Below, in pieces: positions 49,584-62,813 of a stretch of 64,000 nt of DNA (its first letter is position 1; each line of letters starts with the position of its first letter). The stretch lies in contig CAWAXD010000024.1 of the NCBI GenBank assembly GCA_963785985.1, positions 263,052 through 327,051 of the forward strand, read 5' to 3'. The position numbers were made by a program, and so were the translations under genes. The stretch comes from an uncultured delta proteobacterium. GTDB taxonomy: Bacteria > Myxococcota_A > UBA9160 > SMWR01. The notes beneath the pieces were generated by a model, which had not been told where the DNA came from, ran no database searches, and saw nothing but the letters and a program-made list of their open reading frames with translations.

Positions 49584-49997
49584 TCAAGGCGACGAAGCGC
49601 TCGATTTCGCGTTCGCGACGAGGCTTTCCAGCTCGTCGGCCGGCGGGCTGCCGGTCGCGCAGCGACCTTCCATCAGCGCGCCCTCCGCGAGCGACAGGCT
49701 CGGGGTGTAGAGCTCGCCACGAAACCGGGCCGTGGCGCCCAGCGCGACCCGGCGACTCGCCCGGATCTCGCCCTTGAGCGTCCCGGAGACGGTGAGCTCG
49801 TCGGTCTCGATGCGCGCTTCGACGTTCGCCCGCGGCCCGATCCAGAGCGGACCGGGGCCGATCACCTCACCTCGCAGCAGGCCATCGACACGCGCGGGCC
49901 CGGCGAGCGCGACGAGGCCCGTGAACTCCGCTCCGACCGCGAGCAGCACGGGAGCCGCGGCTTCGGCTGCGTCATCGCCTTCGAGGGGATCAGGCAT
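49584..49997 (-). CDS. Bactofilin (polymer-forming cytoskeletal protein), translationally coupled to parB
   Basis: ATG at 49997 overlaps the parB stop by 8 nt. Beta-helical bactofilin repeats: FTGLVALAGPARVDGLLRGEVIGPGPLWIGPRANVEARIETDELTVSGTLKGEIRASRRVALGATARFRGELYTPSLSLAEGALMEG. Confidence 0.8.
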   Translation of the reverse strand: MPDPLEGDDAAEAAAPVLLAVGAEFTGLVALAGPARVDGLLRGEVIGPGPLWIGPRANVEARIETDELTVSGTLKGEIRASRRVALGATARFRGELYTPSLSLAEGALMEGRCATGSPPADELESLVANAKSSASSP

Positions 49998-50871
49998 CGC
50001 CGAGCAGGATCCCGGTGATGCGCTGCAGGTCCTCGGGCCCGAAGTACTCGATCTCGACGCGCCCGCGCGAAGCATCGCCGTGGATCCGGACCCGCGTCTG
50101 CAAGCGCTGGCGCAGGGCATCGACGGCGCGCTGGAGATTCGGATCCTGGCTCGCGCGCGAGCCGGCACCGCGCGGCTGCGGCCGCGGGCCGGCGGGGCGC
50201 GCGATCTGCTCGGCGTCGCGCACCGAGAGCTGTTCGCGCACGATGCGATCCCGCAGGTGCCGGCGGCGCTCGGGGTTGGTCACCTGAAGCAGCGCCTTCG
50301 CGTGGCCCGCCGTGAGGCGCTGCTCCTCGACGTCTTCCTGGAGCTCGCGCGGCAGCTCGAGCAGCCGCAGGTGGTTCGCGATCGTCGAGCGGTCGAGGCT
50401 CACGCGCCGTCCGATCTCGTCCTGGGTGCGGCCGCTGTCGACCAGCGCCCGGAAGGCGTGCGCGAGCTCGATCGGGTTCAGGTCACGGCGCTGCACGTTC
50501 TCGATCAGCGCGAGCTCGAGGCGGTCGCGATCGTCGACGTCGGCGACCACGGCGGGGATCGCGGCTAGACCGGCCGCGCGCGCCGCGCGCCAGCGGCGCT
50601 CGCCGACGAGCAGCTGGTAGCGATCGCCGACGCGGCGCACGACCACGGGCTGCAACACACCGTGCTGTTCGATCGAATCCGAGAGACTCGCGAGCGCGCT
50701 CTCCTCGAAGCGCCGGCGCGGCTGCTCGGGATTGGGATCGATGCGATCGACGGGGATCTCGCCCGGCGCCGGCCGCGCGCTCGGCGCGGGCTCGAACGCC
50801 GTCGAAGCGGGCGCTGCGCCGGGCAGCAGCGCGCCGATGCCGCGTCCGAGCGCGCTGGGTCGGCTACTCAT
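49990..50871 (-). CDS. parB: Chromosome partitioning protein ParB
   Basis: MSSRPSALGRGIGALL...IPVDRIDPNPEQPRRRFEE...GVLQPVVVR...YQLLVGERRWRAA (arginine patch)...IENVQRRDLNPIE...SRSTIANHLRLLELP-type HTH. Confidence 0.93.
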   Translation of the reverse strand: MSSRPSALGRGIGALLPGAAPASTAFEPAPSARPAPGEIPVDRIDPNPEQPRRRFEESALASLSDSIEQHGVLQPVVVRRVGDRYQLLVGERRWRAARAAGLAAIPAVVADVDDRDRLELALIENVQRRDLNPIELAHAFRALVDSGRTQDEIGRRVSLDRSTIANHLRLLELPRELQEDVEEQRLTAGHAKALLQVTNPERRRHLRDRIVREQLSVRDAEQIARPAGPRPQPRGAGSRASQDPNLQRAVDALRQRLQTRVRIHGDASRGRVEIEYFGPEDLQRITGILLGDA

Positions 50872-51709
50872 CGGAATCTCCTTGGCTACGCGCCCCGCCG
50901 GTGAGCGGCGGAGGCTCGAGGTGAGGTCCACTGAACGAGTGGCGGCCGAGGATTTCCTCCGCGAGCCGCAGATGACTGGTGGCGCCCTTCGAGTGCGCAT
51001 CGTAGAGCAACACCGGCTTGCCATGGCTCGGCGCTTCGCTGAGCCGCACGTTGCGCGGGATCACGGTCTCGAACACCTGAGCACCGAAGTGGGAGCGAAC
51101 CTCAAGTTCTACTTGGCGGCTCAGGTTGTTGCGCCGGTCGGCCATCGTGAGCGCGATGCCTTCGACCTCGAGCTCGGGATTCAGCTGCTGGCGCACGACC
51201 TCGATCGTCTCGAGCAGACCGGCCAGACCCTCGAGCGCGTAGTACTCGCATTGCAGCGGGATGATCACGGCATCGGCAGCCGTGAGCGCGTTCAGGGTCA
51301 GCAGACCCAGGGACGGCGGGCAGTCGATCAGGACGAGATCGTAGGCGTCGCGCAGATCGGAGAGCGCCGCGGCCAGGCGACGCTCGCGGGCGATCGCCGA
51401 GACGAGCTCGATCTCCGCGCCGTAGAGATCGCGTCCCGATGGGATCACGTGCAGATAACGCAGCTCCGTTGCGTGCACGACATCCTTCATGACGCAGCGA
51501 CCGATGATTGCGTCATAGACGTGTCGTGACGCGCGCTGCGGCAGATAGGCGCTCGAGGCGTTGGCCTGCGGATCGAGATCGACGAGTAGGGTGGAGCGCT
51601 CGGAGGCGGCGAAGGAAGCCGCGAGATTCACCGCGGTCGTCGTCTTGCCGACGCCCCCCTTCTGATTGACCACGGCGAACACGCGGCTGCGGTGCGCGGA
51701 CGGCTGCAT
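50864..51709 (-). CDS. parA: Chromosome partitioning ATPase ParA (Soj)
   Basis: VFAVVNQKGGVGKTTTAVNLA (deviant Walker A), LVDLDPQANAS, LIDCPPSLG. Confidence 0.93.
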   Translation of the reverse strand: MQPSAHRSRVFAVVNQKGGVGKTTTAVNLAASFAASERSTLLVDLDPQANASSAYLPQRASRHVYDAIIGRCVMKDVVHATELRYLHVIPSGRDLYGAEIELVSAIARERRLAAALSDLRDAYDLVLIDCPPSLGLLTLNALTAADAVIIPLQCEYYALEGLAGLLETIEVVRQQLNPELEVEGIALTMADRRNNLSRQVELEVRSHFGAQVFETVIPRNVRLSEAPSHGKPVLLYDAHSKGATSHLRLAEEILGRHSFSGPHLEPPPLTGGARSQGDSDE

Positions 51710-51729
51710 CCGGGACGGCCTCAGAGATT

Positions 51730-51758
51730 GACTCCCCCGGGGGAATAAGGGGAGTCAC
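51730..51758. promoter_or_regulatory. 9-bp inverted repeat 21 nt upstream of the parA start (possible operator or 5'-UTR hairpin)
   Basis: tgactcccc-cgggggaataa-ggggagtca. Confidence 0.3.
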
Positions 51759-51891
51759 AATTTATAAAGATAGCGCAATCATACGCGTCGAGGGGGCCAA
51801 TCGACTGCGGAATTCGATCGCTCGATCGATCCGACTCCTCCATGGGCGACTATTCAATCATTCAATCAGATCGGGCGAATGTTCCCTACCA

Positions 51892-51921
51892 TGTTCCACG
51901 TGAAACGTTTCACGTGGAACA
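51892..51921. promoter_or_regulatory. Two head-to-head parS sites forming a 30-bp perfect palindrome
   Basis: TGTTCCACGTGAAAC|GTTTCACGTGGAACA. Each half matches the parS consensus tGTTnCACGTGAAACa at 14-15 of 16 positions. It lies in the parA-rsmG intergenic region. Confidence 0.85.
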
Positions 51922-51951
51922 CTCGAACCCTTCCCAATCAAGGCTGCACGA

Positions 51952-52677
51952 TCAGCAGACGCGCCGTCCCAGCCACAACGTCCGCTGCGGACCGCCGCAA
52001 GGCACGACGTACCCCACCGCGGGCTCCGCAACCACATCCGGATCGGGATCGATCTGGGGCGCGGACTCGCCGCCCGGAATCGCGAGCCAACCCCCGACTT
52101 GCGCCCAGGGCTTCATCCAACGCAGCGCTTGCGCAGGCTTCGCCATCGCCTGACCCAGCGCGATGGCTCGCGGCTGCGGCTCCAGCTGCTCCGCTCGCCC
52201 GCAAATCGCCTCGACGTTTCGCAACCCGAGCTCACGCACCGCCGCCTTCTGGAAGTGGTGGCGCTTCTCGCGCGCTTCGACGAGGAGCACGGCGCACTCG
52301 GGTCGCAGCACAGCGATGGGTAGACCCGGAAACCCAGCCCCTGAGCCGAGGTCGACGAGTCCGGCAGCCGGCGGAAGACACCGCAAGAGCGCCGCGGCAT
52401 CGAGGATCAGGCGAGCCACGATCGCTTCGACGTCGCGATGACTGCTCAGGTTGATGCGCTGCGCCCAGCGCTCGAGCACAGCCGCGAGGCGCAGCAACGC
52501 CTCGATCTGTTCAGGAGCGGCGCTGTACCCGAGCTCGGGCAGACCGGCTCGCAGCAGCGCCTCGGCCGCCGCAACCCGCCGCGGGTCGACTCCGTTCCAC
52601 GTGGAACGTTCGTCAGGCGTCGTTGCGGTTGGCGGATGCAGCGGCTTCACGCCGTGCCTGGTCGTACTCGGGAGCAC
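51952..52677 (-). CDS. rsmG: 16S rRNA (guanine527-N7)-methyltransferase RsmG (GidB); start uncertain (ATG 52677 or GTG 52650, both overlap the jag 3' end)
   Basis: ...LERWAQRINLSS...DVEAIVARLILDAAAL...LVDLGSGAGFPGLPIAVL...VLLVEAREKRHHF. Confidence 0.85.
   Translation of the reverse strand: MLPSTTRHGVKPLHPPTATTPDERSTWNGVDPRRVAAAEALLRAGLPELGYSAAPEQIEALLRLAAVLERWAQRINLSSHRDVEAIVARLILDAAALLRCLPPAAGLVDLGSGAGFPGLPIAVLRPECAVLLVEAREKRHHFQKAAVRELGLRNVEAICGRAEQLEPQPRAIALGQAMAKPAQALRWMKPWAQVGGWLAIPGGESAPQIDPDPDVVAEPAVGYVVPCGGPQRTLWLGRRVC
52593..52608. promoter_or_regulatory. parS site (16-bp perfect palindrome)
   Basis: CGTTCCACGTGGAACG sits 5 nt downstream of the jag stop, inside the extreme 5' end of the rsmG ORF. 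Confidence 0.8.
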
Positions 52678-53596
52678 CTTCCGGCACCACGACCACCTGG
52701 CGATAGCGACCCTCGCCGATGCTCATCGTCGCGATGTCACGCTCGTCGCGAAGTGCGATGTGGATGATCCGGCGGTCCTTGCCGTTCATCGGATCCAGCG
52801 CCACGGCGCGCCCGGTCTCGCGCGCCCGCTTCGCACCCTTCTCGGCCAATCGCGAGAGCAGTGCCTCGCGCGATTCCGTATCGCCCTCGACCTCCAGCAC
52901 GATGCGCGGAGCATCCAGATCCGTGCGCGTCGCCGCCTGGTTCGCGAGCAGCTGGAGGGCGTCGACCGGTCGGCCGTCACCCGTCGCGAGCGCGCGTGCC
53001 GCCGCTCCCGTCACGTCGATCACGAGCAGCTCGCTCTCGGCGTTCTCCCCGATCTGGAACGCGCCGAGATCCATCCGCTCGATCACCCCGAGCAGCCAGC
53101 GCGCCACCTCGCCGATCTCGCCTCGCGGCGCTCCGATCGATGGCTCGTGCGGCGCAGAGGGCCGCGATTCCTCGCGCGGCGCGGGTGCGAACGACTCCTC
53201 GCGCGCCCCCTCCGAGCGCCCCGCGCCACGGCTCTCACCGCCGCGATCCATTCCCCGTCGCGGACCTTCGCCCCCGCGACCACCGCCGCCTTCGCCACGA
53301 TCGCCGCGGCCGGAGCGCGATCGACCCCGGTCTCCGCGGTCGCCGCGATCACCTCGCTCACCGCGCTCGGGGCGATCGCCTCGCTCACCGCGCTCGCCGC
53401 CGCGCGCGGCCGGCGGTCTGCTGCGCAGTGCAGCGACGATCGCGCAGCGCCCGCCGAGGCCATACACCTCGCCCGGCCGGAACTCGTGAATCTCGAGGGC
53501 ATCCTGCGCTACACCGAAGTACTTGCAGGCCCTGGCGCTCGCGTCCTCGCGATTGTCGCCTACGAACTCATGGGGCTCATTCATCGCATCGTACAT
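52613..53596 (-). CDS. jag: Jag/KhpB-type RNA-binding protein (Jag_N, RG/RGD-rich linker, KH, R3H)
   Basis: ATG at 53596 after GGAGGA. MYDAMNEPHEFVGDNREDASARACKYFGV... Linker ERGERGDRPERGERGDRGDRGDRGRSRSGRGDRGEGGGGRGGEG. C-terminal R3H ...DPMNGKDRRIIHIALRD. Confidence 0.82.
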   Translation of the reverse strand: MYDAMNEPHEFVGDNREDASARACKYFGVAQDALEIHEFRPGEVYGLGGRCAIVAALRSRPPAARGGERGERGDRPERGERGDRGDRGDRGRSRSGRGDRGEGGGGRGGEGPRRGMDRGGESRGAGRSEGAREESFAPAPREESRPSAPHEPSIGAPRGEIGEVARWLLGVIERMDLGAFQIGENAESELLVIDVTGAAARALATGDGRPVDALQLLANQAATRTDLDAPRIVLEVEGDTESREALLSRLAEKGAKRARETGRAVALDPMNGKDRRIIHIALRDERDIATMSIGEGRYRQVVVVPEGAPEYDQARREAAASANRNDA

Positions 53597-53628
53597 GGCT
53601 TCCTCCTGGGTCCCGTCGGGGTTTGATT

Positions 53629-55290
53629 CTACGCCTTCGCACGCAAGCGCCGACCCACCCAGAGTTGGTTGGAGATCGCGATCACGTTGCTCACCATCCA
53701 GTAGAGCACGAGTCCGGACGGGAATTGATAGAACATCACGGTCATCATCACGGGCATCACGACCATCATCATGCGCGCTTGCGCAGGGTCCGCCTGCATC
53801 GGGGTGAGCTTCTGCTGGACCACCATCGAGACGCCCATCAGCAGCGGCAGCACCCGCACGGGAATCTCGAGGCCCGGGATCGTGAAGAGCGACTCCGGGA
53901 CGGATAGATCCGTGATCCACGCAAAGAACGGAGAGTGGCGCAGCTCGATCGAGCTCTGAAGCGCGTAGAAGAGCCCGATGAACACTGGAATCTGGAGCAC
54001 CATCGGCAAGCACCCGCCCAGGGGATTCACGCCCTCCTGGCGGTAGAGCTTCATCATCTCCTCGGATTGCTTCGCCTTGTCGTCCGCGAACTTCGTCTTC
54101 AACTCCTCGAGCTTCGGCGAGAGCGCCCGCATGCGCTCCATCGAGCGCATCTGCCGGTTCGTGAGCGGCGAGGTCACGATCCGCACCCCGAGCGTCAGCA
54201 GGATGATCGCGACGCCATAGTTCGGGATGACGGAGTAGAGCGCTTGCAGCAGCCAGTGGAAGAAGCGCGTGAGCGGTACGACCCACGTGTAGCCGAGGTT
54301 GATCGCTCGGATCAGCCCGGAGCCGAGCGCCTCGAGTGTCTTCTCCTGCTTCGGCCCCGCGTAGATCCGGTACATCCGCTCCGCGGACTTGGCAGACGGG
54401 ATCTCGACCGAGTCGAAGTAGACCTGCACGAGGCCCGTATGGCCGGGATCCGTCGTCTCGAAGCGGGCGTTCGCGAGCGCGGGCTGGTCGGGAAGCATCG
54501 CACGCAGGAAGTACGAGACGTCGACGCCGGCCCAGTCGATTTCGTGCTTCATCTCGACGCTGCGCGCAGGATTGCGGTTGAAGAAGCTCGGCTTTCCGAA
54601 TCCCACGATCGGCACGCGCTTGACGCTGCCTTCGAACAGCGCGGCGAGCGTTTGATCCTTGAAATCGCTGCCCACGATCGGGACGACGGGCCAATCGACA
54701 CCAAACTGTGACTTGATGGCGGCGTTCGATCCGTTCTCGACCGCGAGCCGCAGCGCGAACAGGTAGCCGTCGGCTTCGAACTCGTACGTCTTGCGGATCA
54801 CCAGGCCGCCCGCCTCGAAGCGGAAGGTGAGCGCCGAGTCCGTGCTCGACTCGACCGTGAAGTTGCGCTCCGCCAGCGAGCCGAGGCCCAGCTCCTCGAG
54901 CGGCGTCAGCAACGCCGGGCTCTGGCCGGCGTCGTCCCCGATCAGCACGATCGGCCGCTGACCGGCTCGGCGCCCCGTGTCGAAGTTCCGAAGCTCGAAG
55001 CTCTGAAGGGCCGCGCCCCGGGTCGTCAGCTCGGCAATGAACTGTGGGCGCTCGATGCGCAGGATCGTCGGCTTTGCTTCCGGCGCACTCGCAGCGGCCG
55101 GTGCCGAAGGCACTCTTGTAGCTGGAGCCGGTGCCTGCGTGGCCGGTGCAACAGCAGCCGGAGCCTGCGCCGGCTGCTCGATCGAGCTCGGCGCCGGTAC
55201 GGCCTGCTGGTGCTTGGGCCCCATCAAGAGCATCCAGCCGGTCAGGACGGCGAACGAAAGAGCGAACGCTAGAAAGAGGTTACGGTCCAA
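53629..55290 (-). CDS. yidC: Membrane protein insertase YidC
   Basis: MDRNLFLAFALSFAVLTGWMLL...a large periplasmic domain...GVAIILLTLGVRIVTSPLTNRQMRSMERMRALSPKLEELKTKF...GGCLPMVLQIPVFIGLF. Confidence 0.94.
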   Translation of the reverse strand: MDRNLFLAFALSFAVLTGWMLLMGPKHQQAVPAPSSIEQPAQAPAAVAPATQAPAPATRVPSAPAAASAPEAKPTILRIERPQFIAELTTRGAALQSFELRNFDTGRRAGQRPIVLIGDDAGQSPALLTPLEELGLGSLAERNFTVESSTDSALTFRFEAGGLVIRKTYEFEADGYLFALRLAVENGSNAAIKSQFGVDWPVVPIVGSDFKDQTLAALFEGSVKRVPIVGFGKPSFFNRNPARSVEMKHEIDWAGVDVSYFLRAMLPDQPALANARFETTDPGHTGLVQVYFDSVEIPSAKSAERMYRIYAGPKQEKTLEALGSGLIRAINLGYTWVVPLTRFFHWLLQALYSVIPNYGVAIILLTLGVRIVTSPLTNRQMRSMERMRALSPKLEELKTKFADDKAKQSEEMMKLYRQEGVNPLGGCLPMVLQIPVFIGLFYALQSSIELRHSPFFAWITDLSVPESLFTIPGLEIPVRVLPLLMGVSMVVQQKLTPMQADPAQARMMMVVMPVMMTVMFYQFPSGLVLYWMVSNVIAISNQLWVGRRLRAKA

Positions 55291-55299
55291 GTTGCCGTC

Positions 55300-55521
55300 T
55301 CATCGCAACGGGTCGTAGCCGTGATCCCCAAGGGGATGACAACGGGCAAGTCGCTTCGCAGCGAGCCAGGGCCCACGCAAGGGGCCGTAGCGCTCGATCG
55401 CCTCGATCGCGTAGTGTGAGCAGGTGGGCTCGAAGCGACAAGCGGGCGCGAGCCACGGCGACAGCAACAGCTGATACGCGCGGATCACGAACACGAGCAG
55501 CCAGCTCGCGAGCCCGCTCAC
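55300..55521 (-). CDS. yidD: Membrane protein insertion efficiency factor YidD
   Basis: GTG at 55521 (GTGA overlap with rnpA). [57 protein letters not shown]. Confidence 0.88.
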   Translation of the reverse strand: MSGLASWLLVFVIRAYQLLLSPWLAPACRFEPTCSHYAIEAIERYGPLRGPWLAAKRLARCHPLGDHGYDPLR

Positions 55522-55907
55522 GACGCGCCCGCACGGCGAGCGCTTTGAACGGCGGCACTCGAAAGCCGCTCGAGCTCGCTCGTCAGATTTTCGTAGGCGA
55601 GCCCGGCCGCCGCTGCGCGACCGATCACGACCAGATCGATTCCCGGACCGAGCGGCGCGCGACCCGCGCGAAACCACTCCCGAATCCGGCGCTTCACGCG
55701 GTTGCGCACGACGGCGTTGCCCACCTTGCGGCTGACGGTGATTCCGAGGCGCGTTTGCCGCGCGGCCGCCGAGCGACCCCGACGCTCAGCGCAGACCACG
55801 ACGAACGCAGGGCCCGCCACGCGGCGACCCCGACGCATCACCTGCTGGAACTCCAGGGAACGCCGCAGACGATCGACCGGCTGGAAACGGCCGGTTTGCG
55901 GCGACAT
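55518..55907 (-). CDS. rnpA: Ribonuclease P protein component
   Basis: [24 protein letters not shown]...[24 protein letters not shown]. Confidence 0.9.
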   Translation of the reverse strand: MSPQTGRFQPVDRLRRSLEFQQVMRRGRRVAGPAFVVVCAERRGRSAAARQTRLGITVSRKVGNAVVRNRVKRRIREWFRAGRAPLGPGIDLVVIGRAAAAGLAYENLTSELERLSSAAVQSARRAGAS

Positions 55908-55909
55908 CG

Positions 55910-56059
55910 TTACTTCGACGGAGTCGAGACTGCGAGGCGTTTGCGGCCCTTGGCGCGCCGCCGCTTCAGAACGCTACGGCCCGCAGCCGTCGACATGCGC
56001 TTGCGGAAACCGTGGACGCGCTTGCGCTTGATCCGGCTCGGCTGATACGTGCGCTTCAT
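55910..56059 (-). CDS. rpmH: 50S ribosomal protein L34
   Basis: [49 protein letters not shown], found by manual translation (too short for the ORF track). Confidence 0.95.
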   Translation of the reverse strand: MKRTYQPSRIKRKRVHGFRKRMSTAAGRSVLKRRRAKGRKRLAVSTPSK

Positions 56060-56106
56060 CGCTCTCGCCTCACATGAAACCCAGGGAGAAGGCCGGGAAG
56101 GAAGCC

Positions 56107-56239
56107 AGTCTGCTCGTCGGACACAGAGACCGACCCGCTACAGCCGGTCTCAGCGAACCTTCCGATCTGGCTCCGGAGCAGGTTCACCCGACTGGCGGGT
56201 CCTGAGCAGACTCGCAGGCGCGGCAGGGTAGCCGCCTGC
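56107..56239. other. Nested inverted-repeat element (candidate structured RNA or protein-binding module) in the rpmH-dnaN spacer
   Basis: P1 agtctgctc (56107-15) pairs with gagcagact (56204-12). Enclosed: hairpin gtcgg/ccgac (56116-34); ccgc..cagccgg (56135-47) with ccgactg.gcgg (56188-98); gaacct (56155-60) with aggttc (56180-85); and the 10-nt palindrome gctccggagc (56170-79). It is followed by the hairpin gcaggcgcggc-agggta-gccgcctgc (56214-39). Confidence 0.4.
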
Positions 56240-56358
56240 TTGCAAGAGTGTCAACGAGTCGGGCCACGGCGAGTGCTCTCGTGATAAGATGGCAGCGATG
56301 GGGATGACTGGCTGACGGCAGGCCTGAGAGCTGCTTTCTCCAGCCTCCGATGACAAGA

Positions 56359-56396
56359 CCGGAAGCCGAATCTTTCCGTCGGGTTCCGGCGTTTTT
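56359..56396 (+). terminator. Rho-independent terminator on the plus strand with no annotated plus-strand gene upstream
   Basis: ccggaagccga-atctttccg-tcgggttccgg (6+4 bp stem, one mismatch) followed by cgTTTTTg. It lies 66 nt upstream of the dnaN ATG. Confidence 0.5.
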
Positions 56397-56461
56397 GTCG
56401 GACCCATCACGGATCTTCTGCCGCTATCACTCTCTTCAAGAATTCATAAAGGAAAAGCAGC

Positions 56462-57586
56462 ATGAAGCTCTCGATCGCCAAGGCGGAGCTCCAGAAGGGC
56501 CTCGGACGCATCCAGTCGATCGTCGAGAAGCGCAATACGATGCCGATCCTCGCCAATGTGTTGCTCGAGGCGCGCAAGCAGGGTCGTGAAGGCATGCTCG
56601 ACCTGGCTGCAACGGATCTCGAGGTCTCGATCAAGGGTTCCCAGCCCGCTCAGGTCGACAAGGCGGGGCGGGTGACGGCTTCGGCCAAGAAGCTCTACGA
56701 GATCGTGCGCGAGCTTCCCGACGAAAACGTGCGGATCGAAGTGACGGCGGATTCCTATCTCACGATCCGTTGCGCGCGTGCCGAGTTCACGCTGGCCGGC
56801 GCTGCGGCGGAGGAATATCCGACACTGCCGAGTCTCGCGCTCGACGATCTCGTGAGCGTGCAGGCCCCCGTATTCGCCCAGATGATCGAGCGCACGATGT
56901 ACGCCGCTTCGGGCGACGAAACCCGCTACAACCTGAACGGCGTCTATCTCGAGTTCCTCGCCGACACACAGAAGGTCCGCATGGTGGCGACCGATGGTCA
57001 CCGCCTCGCGTATGTGGATCGCTCGCTCGGCAGTGCAATCCAGGGTCTCACGTCGGGGGTGATCATCCCCCGCAAGGCTCTCGCGGAGCTGCGGCGCCTG
57101 CTCGAAGAAGAGGACGCCGACGAGCTCGAGCTGGGCTTCCAGGGCAACAGCGGCATCGTGCGCAAGAAGGGCGTCACCCTCACCATGCGCCTGATCGAAG
57201 GTGAGTTCCCGAGCTATCGCCAGGTGATCCCGCGCGAAGCCAAGATCCAGCTCGTGCTCGCCGCGGAGCCCCTGGGTCACGCGCTGCGCCGCGTCTCCGT
57301 GCTCTCCACCGAGCAGACGCGCGCCGTGAAGCTCGAGCTGAGTGCGGGGCTGCTGAAGCTCTCCTCGAACAATCCGGATCTGGGACAGGCGCAAGAGGAG
57401 CTCGATGTGGACTATGCGGGCGACCCGGTGCAGATCGCCTTCAATGCCCGCTATCTGCTCGACGCGCTGGCCGTCATGGGGGCCAAGGAGGTGCGCTTGA
57501 GCCTCCAGGATCCGCTCTCTCCGGCACGCATCGTTCCGACCGACGACGGGGACACGCTCGCGGTAGTCATGCCGATGCGTGCCTGA
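56462..57586 (+). CDS. dnaN: DNA polymerase III beta sliding clamp
   Basis: MKLSIAKAELQKGLGRIQSIVEKRNTMPILANVLLEA...three-domain clamp...ARYLLDAL...PARIVPTDDGDTLAVVMPMR. Confidence 0.94.
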   Translation: MKLSIAKAELQKGLGRIQSIVEKRNTMPILANVLLEARKQGREGMLDLAATDLEVSIKGSQPAQVDKAGRVTASAKKLYEIVRELPDENVRIEVTADSYLTIRCARAEFTLAGAAAEEYPTLPSLALDDLVSVQAPVFAQMIERTMYAASGDETRYNLNGVYLEFLADTQKVRMVATDGHRLAYVDRSLGSAIQGLTSGVIIPRKALAELRRLLEEEDADELELGFQGNSGIVRKKGVTLTMRLIEGEFPSYRQVIPREAKIQLVLAAEPLGHALRRVSVLSTEQTRAVKLELSAGLLKLSSNNPDLGQAQEELDVDYAGDPVQIAFNARYLLDALAVMGAKEVRLSLQDPLSPARIVPTDDGDTLAVVMPMRA

Positions 57587-57661
57587 ATTCAATCGGGAGC
57601 AGAACCCGAACACTTTCCGCTCACTTAGCCATTCTGTACCCTGCAGGTCACCGGCGTTTGA

Positions 57662-60169
<2,508 letters not shown>

Positions 60170-60187
60170 CCGGGCGAGCCGACACGC

Positions 60188-62695
<2,508 letters not shown>

Positions 62696-62700
62696 GCGCC

Positions 62701-62800
62701 GCAAGCGCGCGCGCAACGAGCCAACGGCGCGCGAATAGTCGGGCAAGCGCGCGTGAGCGCGCGCGCAGCGAGCCGAAGGCGAGCGAAGTCGGATCACTGG
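62701..62800 (+). repeat. Two degenerate tandem units of the GC-rich intergenic repeat family between gyrA and hemL
   Basis: gcaagcgcgcgcgcaacgagccaacggcgcgcgaatagtcgg followed by gcaagcgcgcgtgagcgcgcgcgcagcgagccgaaggcgagcgaagtcggatcactgg. Both share the gcaagcg...gcgcagcgagccg.aggcgagcg.agtc core with the 32559 array. Confidence 0.6.
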
Positions 62801-62813
62801 CCAGCGAGAGCGC

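Noticed and set aside
53150-53420. RG/RGD-rich repeat in Jag as a possible separate repeat element or collagen-like gene
   Set aside because: It is in frame within a protein that has a Jag_N start and a KH/R3H C-terminus. RG-rich disordered linkers are plausible in RNA-binding proteins, and there is no independent ORF signal.
56090-56260. Assignment of the nested-stem element to SRP RNA, RNase P RNA, tmRNA, or a TPP or cobalamin riboswitch
   Set aside because: The partial resemblances are GGAAGG near a hairpin tip, GACGGAAAGATTCGGC versus the P4 GAGGAAAGTCCGGGC, CTGAGA plus ACCT..GATCTGG, and GCCACGG versus the B12 box. They are in the wrong order or lack the other invariant blocks. I left the element unnamed.
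56060-56461. DnaA boxes in the rpmH-dnaN spacer
   Set aside because: The best candidates (tcgtgataa, ctatcactc, cctcacat) match TTATCCACA/TGTGGATAA at only 5-6 of 9 positions. That is not distinguishable from chance without a PWM and background model.
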